Shown here: piece by piece, positions 1-8,540 of the stretch | How the letters are laid out: each line of letters opens with the position of its first letter | How positions within the stretch are numbered: the stretch's first letter is position 1 | NCBI GenBank assembly: GCA_046482545.1 | Contig: JAWOEX010000035.1 | Coordinates: 128,001 to 192,000 of the forward strand | Direction: 5' to 3' | Source of the DNA: Candidatus Thorarchaeota archaeon | Lineage (GTDB): Archaea > Asgardarchaeota > Thorarchaeia > Thorarchaeales > Thorarchaeaceae | Length of the DNA: 64,000 nucleotides | The notes under the pieces: model-generated | What the model saw: only the letters and a program-made list of their open reading frames with translations | Databases searched by the model: none | Told to the model about the DNA's origin: nothing | Translations under genes and position numbers: made by a program

Positions 1-252
1 CCTCTTGATGCCCAAGAAAGAAATATTCAACAGAACGATATCATTATGCTTGCTAATTCTCGAGCTCATATACTACTTGAAGCGACTATCTCCGAGAATA
101 TTCAGAAGGGCACGATATGGACCCCTAGGCAGGGCAAAGGCCTCAATGATGTCCCACTAAACGCCTTGATGTCTGGTCGCCCTCAAAAGCTTGGTGGTGG
201 GCCTACCTTCAATTCAACACTAGTTTCGGTGAATCTGCACGAAAAGAGCTAA
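1..252 (+). CDS. C-terminal end of a molybdopterin-dinucleotide-binding oxidoreductase (5'-truncated by window edge)
   Basis: Frame is open from base 1 (PLDAQERNIQQNDIIMLANSRAHI...ISENIQKGTIWTP...LNALM...GGGPTFNSTLVSV), which matches the Molydop_binding C-terminal pattern. Confidence 0.75.
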   Translation, partial: PLDAQERNIQQNDIIMLANSRAHILLEATISENIQKGTIWTPRQGKGLNDVPLNALMSGRPQKLGGGPTFNSTLVSVNLHEKS

Positions 253-334
253 TTCCCAAGCTTCATATCTGGTTCCGCAAAACACTGATATGAATACACA
301 TACATATCAGTAAGAGAAATGACGGAGAGGTTCG

Positions 335-1900
335 GTGTTGGTACAGGACAAACATATTGTGGCTACAGTCGCTATTATTTTCCTTCTATCTGGAACAATT
401 CTATTTGTTTCCTGGTCCCTTGCTCCCAAGCGCCACCCTCCAACCGTTACTGTTTCGGGCGCGCATACCCTCAAGAAGGATGATTACAGCCTTACTTTGA
501 GAGCAAAGAGTGTAAATATCTCGATAGCTCTTGCTTGGAATAAATCTACAGGATGGGGATGCTATTCAACAACTATAACGAATGTTGCTACAGACCGCAT
601 TGTGACACAATCTCAATCTGAACTTCAAATCAGCATACTGAATAGAACCACAATGCATATTGATGTATGTACACCCGCCCAAGAAGTTAGCATTCGTCTA
701 TCTATGCCTTCAGAATCACAATTCAGTTTTCTTGTGTTTAGTGATTCGCAAGGTTATCAAGGCGGTTTAAACGAAATAGCATCTATTATTCAAGAAAAAT
801 CACCAGCTTTTGCTATCCATTGTGGTGATTTGACACCATTTGGACGGGAATACCAATTCGAAGAAGTATACGAAGCACTTCAGAATATCAGCATACCCGT
901 TTTCACAACAGAAGGCAACCACGATGTCCGGCTCGATGGTGCGAGCACCTATGCTAAACGGTTTGGTAGTCCTACATATTCCTTCGATTATTCAAATTGT
1001 CACTTCGCCATTGTCAATTCGTCAAACTATACTGTTTCATCCAAGGAACTCAATTGGCTTGATGAAGATCTCTCATCATCAGAGAAACCAGTGAAGTTTG
1101 TCTTTACCCATATTCCACCGTTTGATCCTCGACCAAATAGTACTCACAACATGACAAACCAGACAAGCGCAAACCGTTTTATGGACATCGTCGAGAAGAA
1201 CAATGTTACAACTATATTCACTGGCCATATACATATCTATAACAGTACGATTAGGAATAACACACGTTACATAATTTCAGGAGGGGCCGGTGCACAACTC
1301 GCTGCTGATGCTAAGCATGGTGGTTTTCATCATTTTATCAATGTCACAGTATCAAACTCGGATGTATCTGCCCAGTCAATCGAGCTTTCCGTTCCCATAC
1401 CACATTCTGGAAAAATCATAATCCAGAATATTAATGATGCGCTTGAACTATCTCTGCAGGATATCTTGTATCTTCCTGAGACTGAAGGTTACAGCTCGTT
1501 TCAGAACAACTTCGGCAATTGGCGTGGCCAAGGGGTGTATACTGGCACAGCAGTAGCAAATCTTGTAGAATTGATAGGCGGCATGAAACCGAACGATATC
1601 TTGCAAATAGCATCTTCTGATGGGTATTACCAGAATTTCTCATACAGTAATGTCTATCCTAACAGCTCATGGCGCGAAATCCAAGGCAGCATGATTTTGG
1701 CCTACTCATACAATGATACTGCTGTTCCGGAATGGGGCGAAGGTATGCGGATTGTAATGATTCCACCAGATGGAAAATACAGCAATGAGGATTGTCTTGC
1801 TACCTCTTGTCCCGGTATGGGCTGTGATGTATATCTCTCCGCCGGATCGAGATGGCTCAAATATGTGGCTTCAATAGAGGTGATACAAGATAATGAATGA
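335..1900 (+). CDS. Membrane-anchored calcineurin-like metallophosphoesterase with a C-terminal sulfite-oxidase-like (Oxidored_molyb fold) domain
   Basis: N-terminal TM helix; motifs DSQ, GDLT, GNHD, FTH, GHIH; C-terminal YTGTAV...ASSDGY...WLKYVASIEV; many NxS/T sequons. Confidence 0.8.
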   Translation: MLVQDKHIVATVAIIFLLSGTILFVSWSLAPKRHPPTVTVSGAHTLKKDDYSLTLRAKSVNISIALAWNKSTGWGCYSTTITNVATDRIVTQSQSELQISILNRTTMHIDVCTPAQEVSIRLSMPSESQFSFLVFSDSQGYQGGLNEIASIIQEKSPAFAIHCGDLTPFGREYQFEEVYEALQNISIPVFTTEGNHDVRLDGASTYAKRFGSPTYSFDYSNCHFAIVNSSNYTVSSKELNWLDEDLSSSEKPVKFVFTHIPPFDPRPNSTHNMTNQTSANRFMDIVEKNNVTTIFTGHIHIYNSTIRNNTRYIISGGAGAQLAADAKHGGFHHFINVTVSNSDVSAQSIELSVPIPHSGKIIIQNINDALELSLQDILYLPETEGYSSFQNNFGNWRGQGVYTGTAVANLVELIGGMKPNDILQIASSDGYYQNFSYSNVYPNSSWREIQGSMILAYSYNDTAVPEWGEGMRIVMIPPDGKYSNEDCLATSCPGMGCDVYLSAGSRWLKYVASIEVIQDNE

Positions 1901-2948
1901 ATCAGAAGAGCATTTCTTAGGCACAAGAGAAATAGCTACAGTTGCGATTTTAAGTGCATTAGGTGGAAGCCTAAGTACGTTCGTCGGATATTTGGGAAAT
2001 CTGGTCAATCTTGCACTTGGTGTTCCATTTGGTGCCGGGCAGTTCATGGCCGGTCTTCACGTTTTCTGGATTGTATTGATGAGGCTTATTGCCTCCAGAC
2101 GGGGAGTTGGAACCTTCGGTGGTTTTCTGAAAGGCTCAGTAGAATTCTTCACAGGTAGCACTCACGGTATAGTAATTATTCTTATTTCACTTGTTCAAGG
2201 TGTCATAGTTGATTTTGCGGGAGAGGCGGGTGGTAACCCCCAAGAGGCTCAATCAAGTAATCAAATTGTCTGGTGGCTTTTTGCTGGACTGTCCTCAGCA
2301 GCTAATGTCATTGTCTTCCAGATTGTATACTTTTCTGGCGCTCCTTGGATTTACCTTGCGGCAATTACAGCTCTAGCCTTCTCCTCAGGCGCCATTTTTG
2401 CTGGCTATTTCGCTTGGCAAACCATGTCCTTTATACAAGATATAGGAGTCACCACTATTCCTGCTGGGACTCTCTCTTCTTCACAATCACCCATCTACCG
2501 AAATCTCCCTGCTGCGCTTTTCATCACTTTTCTCATTATGGGGTCAGTCTACTATGGAATATTCATTGCCAACCCCTTTGCCGATCCTTATACCTGTGAG
2601 ATAACTGGAGAGGTTGCTAATCCTTTCACGTATCATCCTTCAAATTTTATACATCAGAAGATAACAATCGAAGCAGAACTTCAAGGTGCCTATACGCATA
2701 TCCCTCCGAAGAATTATACTGGTGTCCCTCTAAATGTGTTGCTTGAGCAAGCTAATCCCTTACCCGAAGCTGCTACTGTCAGAATAGAGGCAAAAGATGG
2801 TTACTCAGTTGAATTTGACTTATCTTCTGTCCTCGCTGATGACAGATTAATACTCACGGAGGAAGAGAATTCAGGCCTCTGGTTGATTGCAGCTGAATAT
2901 GATGGCTCATATTGGGTACACAAGGTTGCAACAATTCGTGCGACTTAG
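1893..2948 (+). CDS. ECF transporter S component fused to a C-terminal sulfite-oxidase-like domain
   Basis: TREIATVAILSALGG N-terminus and ~6-7 TM helices; C-terminal YTGVPLNVLL...AKDGY...WVHKVATI; upstream of ecfA/ecfT. Confidence 0.8.
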   Translation: MNESEEHFLGTREIATVAILSALGGSLSTFVGYLGNLVNLALGVPFGAGQFMAGLHVFWIVLMRLIASRRGVGTFGGFLKGSVEFFTGSTHGIVIILISLVQGVIVDFAGEAGGNPQEAQSSNQIVWWLFAGLSSAANVIVFQIVYFSGAPWIYLAAITALAFSSGAIFAGYFAWQTMSFIQDIGVTTIPAGTLSSSQSPIYRNLPAALFITFLIMGSVYYGIFIANPFADPYTCEITGEVANPFTYHPSNFIHQKITIEAELQGAYTHIPPKNYTGVPLNVLLEQANPLPEAATVRIEAKDGYSVEFDLSSVLADDRLILTEEENSGLWLIAAEYDGSYWVHKVATIRAT

Positions 2949-2951
2949 GAG

Positions 2952-4412
2952 GTGAATCATTCTTTGCTCGAAGCACAGGGCCTTGAGTTCGCATATACTG
3001 ACTCAACTCAGGTACTCCGTTCAGCTGATATTTCAATACGAAAAGGCGATTTGGTATTATTAACTGGATCTACAGGTTCCGGCAAATCTACTCTAGCCTT
3101 GTGTCTTTCAGGGCTTATTCCCCGTTCTATTCACGGTGAGTTGGCTGGTTCCATTAGAATAGATGATGTCGACATTTCGACTTTGAGCATGTCTGAAATC
3201 TCAAGAAGAGTCGCAATGGTCCAACAGGATACAGAAGGTCAATTGGCAACTTTACAAGTTCAAGATGAAGTTGCTTTCGGTCCAGAGAATTTCACCATAC
3301 CGGAAGGCGAAATACTGAATCGGGTTGAAGATTCCCTTAACGCAGTAAATTGCGAACATCTCCGCCATCGTTCAACCAATGCACTATCTGGAGGCGAAAA
3401 ACAACGAGTTGTAATTGCCTCTGTTTTGGCGTGTGAACCCGACTATTTGATTTTAGATGAACCTACTTCCAATTTGGATCCTCGTGGAGTTTCAAGATTG
3501 CAAACCATTATTCAAGACTTGAAAGAAAGGGGCGTCGGTATTCTTTGTATCGAGCATAAAGTTACCCCTCTGATAAATCAGGCAGACGAAATTCTTGAGA
3601 TGAGGGATGGCCAAATAACTACACACCAACCTCAAAAGGTAGAGTACCAAATTGAAAACCCTTGTCGAATAACAGAATCTGGCACAACGCCTGTAATTTC
3701 AATAGACGATGTTTCCTTTTCATATGAATCAAGACCTGCAATCGATGAAATATCACTGAATTTCTATTCAGGAGAAATCATCGCGGTAATGGGTGACAAC
3801 GGCTCCGGGAAAACAACTCTCTTGTACTTAGCTGCAGGTCTTCTAGAACCCGACTCAGGTATTTCATATCTTGACGGTAAACAAGTTTCAAAACTTGACA
3901 CCCAACAAATTGCTTCTTCTGTCGGATTTGTTTTTCAGAATCCGAACAATCAGATATTTGAAAGCACTGTATGGGCCGAACAGACTTTGGTTGCAGATTT
4001 CCTACCTATTGAGATCCAGCCATTTCTGGAACGTGCAAGAAGACTCCTTACTCAAACGTCTCTTATCTCGATGAAAGAACGAAACCCGTTTACCTTGAGT
4101 CATGGGCAGAAAAGACGCTTGAATATAACATCTGTTACAGCTCACCAACCACGAGTATTCCTATTAGATGAACCATTTGTTGGACAAGACAAGAATGGGG
4201 AAGAATTTGTGATTCGCACAGTTCTTAACAAAGCTGAGCATGCTGGTACTTGCTTGGTAGTTACGCATAATACAGAATTTGTTCAAAGATACTGTAATAG
4301 AATAATTTTCCTGAAAGAAGGCAAGCTTCTTCTCGACGGCCCTCCAAAGAAGGTGTTTCAACAATTAGAGCAACTAGGCCGGAAAAACTACCTGCCGGAG
4401 TGGAATAACTAG
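2952..4412 (+). CDS. ecfA: ECF transporter duplicated ATPase (EcfA-A')
   Basis: Two ABC domains: GSTGSGKS/LSGGE/LILDEP and GDNGSGKT/LSHGQ/LLDEP; VAFGPEN and FQNP ECF signatures. Confidence 0.93.
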   Translation: MNHSLLEAQGLEFAYTDSTQVLRSADISIRKGDLVLLTGSTGSGKSTLALCLSGLIPRSIHGELAGSIRIDDVDISTLSMSEISRRVAMVQQDTEGQLATLQVQDEVAFGPENFTIPEGEILNRVEDSLNAVNCEHLRHRSTNALSGGEKQRVVIASVLACEPDYLILDEPTSNLDPRGVSRLQTIIQDLKERGVGILCIEHKVTPLINQADEILEMRDGQITTHQPQKVEYQIENPCRITESGTTPVISIDDVSFSYESRPAIDEISLNFYSGEIIAVMGDNGSGKTTLLYLAAGLLEPDSGISYLDGKQVSKLDTQQIASSVGFVFQNPNNQIFESTVWAEQTLVADFLPIEIQPFLERARRLLTQTSLISMKERNPFTLSHGQKRRLNITSVTAHQPRVFLLDEPFVGQDKNGEEFVIRTVLNKAEHAGTCLVVTHNTEFVQRYCNRIIFLKEGKLLLDGPPKKVFQQLEQLGRKNYLPEWNN

Positions 4413-5246
4413 ATGAATCGAAATATTGGCTATGTAAATCGGGACAGCCCCATTCATAGACTCAATCCTGCCGTGAAGTTATTTAGCCTTGTTTCCGTGC
4501 TAGTAGCGACCATCATACTGTCTAGATGGTATATCACTTTTCTTCTACTAGTTGGTGTCATTATTGCATTCAAAATAGGTAGAGTTCCATTGAACCTTGC
4601 TGCTGACAGAACCAGATTTCTGATTACCTTTTCTGTTTTAATACTCGTTGTGCAGTTAATAGCAGTACAAAATGGCATGGTTATTTTCTATCTATTTCCT
4701 ACAGTTGAGGGAATTGGTCCGTTCTTTCCTGTAACAACTTTCGGTCTACAAAGAGGGCTAACATTTTCATTGAGGTTCATGTTGATTATCTTCTCAAGCA
4801 TGCTGTTCGTGGCTGTAACGGATCCCACACTCCTTGCTTACTCACTCACCGACTTGGGTATCCCTTATCGCTATAGTTTCGCACTAGTTATAGCTCTTCG
4901 TTTTGTTCCCTTTTTCGATATGGAAATGGACTCTGTTCGCATGGCTCAACGCTCTCGTGGGGTTTCTCCCCAAATTGGACGCCCCTCTAAACTACTGAGA
5001 ACGATTAGAATGACTTTCTATCCATTACTTGTATCTGCTTTCTCCAAGGCCAATTCTCTGACTATGTCAATGGATGGCAGAGGCTTTGGATATAATACGA
5101 CTCGTACTTATATTCGGAAGTCAACGTGGAAAAAAACAGATTGGGTAGTTTTGATGTTTTCCATCGCTTTTCTAATTGCTAGCCTTCTTCTTGTACTGTG
5201 TTTCTCCCACATATTCAAATTGGCGTACGAATACGGTTTCTACTAA
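4413..5246 (+). CDS. ecfT: ECF transporter T component
   Basis: SPIHRLNP, ALRFVP, AQRSRG and MDGRGF motifs. Confidence 0.93.
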   Translation: MNRNIGYVNRDSPIHRLNPAVKLFSLVSVLVATIILSRWYITFLLLVGVIIAFKIGRVPLNLAADRTRFLITFSVLILVVQLIAVQNGMVIFYLFPTVEGIGPFFPVTTFGLQRGLTFSLRFMLIIFSSMLFVAVTDPTLLAYSLTDLGIPYRYSFALVIALRFVPFFDMEMDSVRMAQRSRGVSPQIGRPSKLLRTIRMTFYPLLVSAFSKANSLTMSMDGRGFGYNTTRTYIRKSTWKKTDWVVLMFSIAFLIASLLLVLCFSHIFKLAYEYGFY

Positions 5247-5404
5247 GTTCCGGATCGAGTTTCTGATACAAGCCCCTGCAAGGCCTCGTTAACACTTGAC
5301 CTTTAATCCTTCACCATCACATTTGGCCATGATTTGGAGCATAACTCAAGGCACACACTCAATGTCATCACGAAGATGTCTAATTCCTGATAACCCATTT
5401 CTTA

Positions 5405-5600
5405 CAGTTGAGTGAGTGAACCCAACTGAGGAAACTTCTGTGTTCCACCCTTCCCTTGCCAGCGTCGCCGCCCCCACGGTACCCGCAGGCCCATGAGTCA
5501 GCAGGGGCTTTGTCCGCGTTCATCGGAACAGGGTTCCTCCTGCGGTCCAGGCTTCTGTCTCCTGTCGTCATTCCGGGTCATCACTCCCGGTGACAGCGAG
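5405..5600 (-). ncRNA. Putative TnpB omega-RNA (reRNA) scaffold; 5' end probably inside tnpB
   Basis: GC-rich structured tract just 3' of tnpB: ccgcagg/cctgcgg pair (5483-5489 with 5539-5545), gcccctgc/gtgggggc pair, terminal hairpin cagttgggt-tcactc-actcaactg; position expected for TnpB guide RNAs. Confidence 0.5.
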
Positions 5601-7254
5601 GTCTTCCACAGTTCTTGCCACGGCGTGGTCATGATCACCCACCTCAGCCTTGTCACCGTAGCTGAGGAGGTCCGTCTGGACATGGTGAACAGCCGCGGAC
5701 TCTCCGGAACCTGATGAAGTCCCTTGTTTGGAGAGTAAGGACTTCCGTCGAGAAGCACAAGGCTTCCCTCGGGCTTTCGGCCGCGCGCTTCGCGCTACTG
5801 CGCTAGCCCACTTGCCTAGTCCTCTCACGTCATGCAGTGATGAAGTGAGCGTAATGAGTCTTCCAGCGATGTTGATAGCGCCGTTCCTGTCTGCGTTGCA
5901 CCGGTTGCCACAGCTCGGGCAGATGAACCGGTCCTGCCGGGGTCTCCTGCCCTTGTTGCCACACTTCCAGCACATGATCGAGGTCCAGTTCTCTGGCACC
6001 ACCCTGAAGCGTGCATCCTTGCCTTCGACCGGCCAGCCAAGCTGCTCAAGATTGTGCTTGAGGCTCTCTGTTATCCGTGCGAACGCCCAGGAGTGGATCA
6101 TCCCCCGGAACCTGCGGCCTTTGTAGTTGCCGCGTCGAGCAGTGTACCTGATGTTCTTGAGCCGACCGATAGCCACGTAGAGGGTGTATCGCTCAGACAG
6201 CTCGGTGATATAATCGAGCATTTGACTGACCATGAACCGGTCATACTCTTTTGCTACACGGTATCTCTTTCCCTTCAGCTTTCGAAGTCGTGCTGCTATC
6301 TCATCATGAGGGTTGCCGTTGTTCTTCTGGGTATGCATCTTGTGCTGGAGCTGGGCAACCTGATCATCCAGTTGCTTGATTCGTTTGACCTTGTCTTCCT
6401 GCACCAAGTACCTGGTCTCCCGCACTTTCTGGGGAGTAACCAAACTTGTACAGGCCGCCTTCTCGATACCGAGGTCGATACCAAGAACAGCCTCTGGAAG
6501 GTCGTCATCAGGTGGCTCTGGCTTGTCGATTCTGACCGCAAAGGTCACCCACCATTTGCCTCGTCTATCCGTGAAAATCTGTAGGGCTTTGATTTCACCT
6601 CTTGAAAATTGGTTGGTATGGAACGGCGATACGTTGAGCGGAATAAGCAACCGGTCATGGACCCTTCGTCCTTCAGGTACTGAGTCCAGGGAATCCCGGA
6701 GGTCGAGCCACCACAGTGCGGTATGGGTATCATTCTCAATGAGCTTGAATCGTTGAGAAAACACCCAACGCGGAATCCGTCGAGACGAAGATAGTCTCCT
6801 GCAGGGGCGCGATGCCCTCCTGCCGTTCTTGTTCCTCAGCTCGAGGTAACTCTCGTACATCTGGACGGCTGTCTGTCTGCACTCAATCACTTCATTTGCT
6901 GACATCCGGGGAAACCGTTCCTTCATGTCATGGGGAACGGCCAGCCTCTGTTCGTACCCCTCTTTGACCTTGATTGCAGTCATGGTGAGCTTGTCCAGCT
7001 TACCGGCATCGATTTTCGTGCTTTTTTTTCCTTTCAGCAACTTATCCTCGTGTTCTTCGATGACTCCAAGGAAGGCATGGATGGCCCGGGTGTCTCGACC
7101 AACTATCTGCCTGAGTCGCTGCTGGGTCCGGTGTGTCATCACTGAGTACTTGATTGGCACCTTGACACTGATTGTTGTTCCCTGGGACCGGCCCATCGTC
7201 ATCGCCTTACGATATTTAAATCTCTAACCTGTTTCTGGCTAGTTGAGTTCACTC
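5414..7254 (-). mobile_element. Stand-alone TnpB element (no tnpA) bounded by imperfect 14-bp inverted repeats
   Basis: gagtgaacccaact (5414-5427) versus the reverse complement of 7241-7254, gagtgaactcaact (13/14 match), bracket tnpB; GC-richer than the flank. Confidence 0.55.
5568..7202 (-). CDS. tnpB: TnpB / Cas12f-like RNA-guided RuvC nuclease (544 aa) with rearranged catalytic site
   Basis: RuvC-I VLGIDLG; RuvC-II region VAIGRL; PENWTSIMCWKCG...FICPSCG Zn finger; RuvC-III NADRNGAINIA. Confidence 0.9.
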   Translation of the reverse strand: MTMGRSQGTTISVKVPIKYSVMTHRTQQRLRQIVGRDTRAIHAFLGVIEEHEDKLLKGKKSTKIDAGKLDKLTMTAIKVKEGYEQRLAVPHDMKERFPRMSANEVIECRQTAVQMYESYLELRNKNGRRASRPCRRLSSSRRIPRWVFSQRFKLIENDTHTALWWLDLRDSLDSVPEGRRVHDRLLIPLNVSPFHTNQFSRGEIKALQIFTDRRGKWWVTFAVRIDKPEPPDDDLPEAVLGIDLGIEKAACTSLVTPQKVRETRYLVQEDKVKRIKQLDDQVAQLQHKMHTQKNNGNPHDEIAARLRKLKGKRYRVAKEYDRFMVSQMLDYITELSERYTLYVAIGRLKNIRYTARRGNYKGRRFRGMIHSWAFARITESLKHNLEQLGWPVEGKDARFRVVPENWTSIMCWKCGNKGRRPRQDRFICPSCGNRCNADRNGAINIAGRLITLTSSLHDVRGLGKWASAVARSARPKARGKPCASRRKSLLSKQGTSSGSGESAAVHHVQTDLLSYGDKAEVGDHDHAVARTVEDLAVTGSDDPE

Positions 7255-7319
7255 CCCGGTTTGTTTTGAGAGAGGTTATTGAACTCATACTTCTATGTAT
7301 CATTATGATATTTAAATCT
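7211..7319. repeat. 13-bp direct repeat gatatttaaatct (7211-7223, 7307-7319) containing a TATA-like TTTAAATA on the - strand
   Basis: Exact repeat seen; it flanks the tnpB-proximal inverted repeat and a tgagttca/tgaactca hairpin. Confidence 0.6.
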
Positions 7320-7702
7320 ATTAAGCAAATTCAAAATAAAGCATTATGAAGTCCTTGTATCTAAAAAGAGCCGATATAAGACCTTATTATTAATTCTATT
7401 TGGGCTAGAAATACATATAAAGGATAATGGATTTCATGTGCATAAATGACCAAAAAAGACGGACAGAGGGCACATCAGCGCTATTTTCGGTAGAGTTTGT
7501 AGATACAATGATATTCCTCTGGTGGGTGAAGTACTCTGGTACTAGCCTGCCATACTGAATTGATCTGGTTTTGTCCCTGTTTGAGAAGACGAGGAGAGGA
7601 ACCTGAGGCCCACTATCGATTTCTGGAAAGTATTTTCGCGTGATATAGCTACTAGGAGTACTGCCACATCAGGAAATCGCACATTTCCACCCACCGTTTT
7701 AT

Positions 7703-7850
7703 GCATGGGTGTACATAAGAAGCTCTTCCACAATCATCCCTTCTGTACGGGTGTACGTAGGAGACCTTCCGGGACCGCCTCGTTCCGTACGGGTGTACAT
7801 AAGAAGCTCTTACGCAATAATGCCTCCTGTACGGCTGTACATAGTACTGT
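7703..7850. repeat. Four-unit tandem repeat, exact 42-bp period, core GTACGGGTGTACATAAG
   Basis: Units start at 7703, 7745, 7787 and 7829; units 1 and 3 are nearly identical (84-bp higher-order repeat). Confidence 0.9.
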
Positions 7851-7865
7851 TGTGAGGGGTGACAG

Positions 7866-8540
7866 ATGACTAGAAAACGGACCGTTTTCCCATCAGCAGC
7901 CAAGGTGAAATCCGGGGACGTGACTGACCCCATTGAGATCTACGTCAAGTCCATGCTTTCCAAAGGCAAGGAAGATAGGACGGGAATACTCATCGAGTCT
8001 GTATGGGGTGTGGAATACGAAACGAAAACAGTCCGTTTCGTCCGTGGAAACCTGATCACCCGTTTCACAAAACTCCCAATCCCCCCGTCTGATGTCCCAG
8101 ATCGGCACCTCCGGTCAGCAAGCGAAGTTGCCAGAGAGATATTCGACCTTGAGAGGTTCGATGGACTGGTTCTCACTGAAGCCCCTGACTTGAGTTCCGT
8201 GTATAAGGCGGAACGGGACTCTGATTCGAAGGTCTTCACAAGTGAACAGGACGCCCACATCTGGTGCTCGCTCATAGATGCCGATAGTACGCGAATCGTC
8301 CCCGTCCAGTCGAGTAAAGTTCCCCTAAGAGAGGCTCGAAAGAATAGCGAAGATGTCCGGAATACAGTCCTCCGGCTCCTCTACCAGGCCCTGGCCGGGT
8401 TGGAAGCCCTGGATACGCTGCATTCGATGCGGCAACGTGGCATAGGGGCAGCCGAGCTGGAGGAGATATGGACGAGGGTGTTCACTAAGAGACAGTTCCC
8501 CGACAAGCTTGCCAAAGTACTACATCGAGGGCAGCACTAG
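7866..8540 (+). CDS. Hypothetical protein (224 aa); probably the N-terminal part of the downstream giant gene
   Basis: ATG preceded by gaggggtga; overlaps the next ORF's open frame at 8446-8540. Confidence 0.65.
   Translation: MTRKRTVFPSAAKVKSGDVTDPIEIYVKSMLSKGKEDRTGILIESVWGVEYETKTVRFVRGNLITRFTKLPIPPSDVPDRHLRSASEVAREIFDLERFDGLVLTEAPDLSSVYKAERDSDSKVFTSEQDAHIWCSLIDADSTRIVPVQSSKVPLREARKNSEDVRNTVLRLLYQALAGLEALDTLHSMRQRGIGAAELEEIWTRVFTKRQFPDKLAKVLHRGQH

Noticed and set aside
5568-7202. Nuclease-dead TnpB (TldR-like), because the RuvC-II Glu is Gly
   Set aside because: Both Asp residues are intact and an alternative Glu sits at the Fanzor-type position; a rearranged active site is more parsimonious, though untested
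7703-7850. CRISPR mini-array for the TnpB/Cas12f-like protein
   Set aside because: The inter-repeat segments are only 15-16 nt, segments 1 and 3 are similar (11/15), the repeats are degenerate and there are no cas genes; it is a tandem repeat
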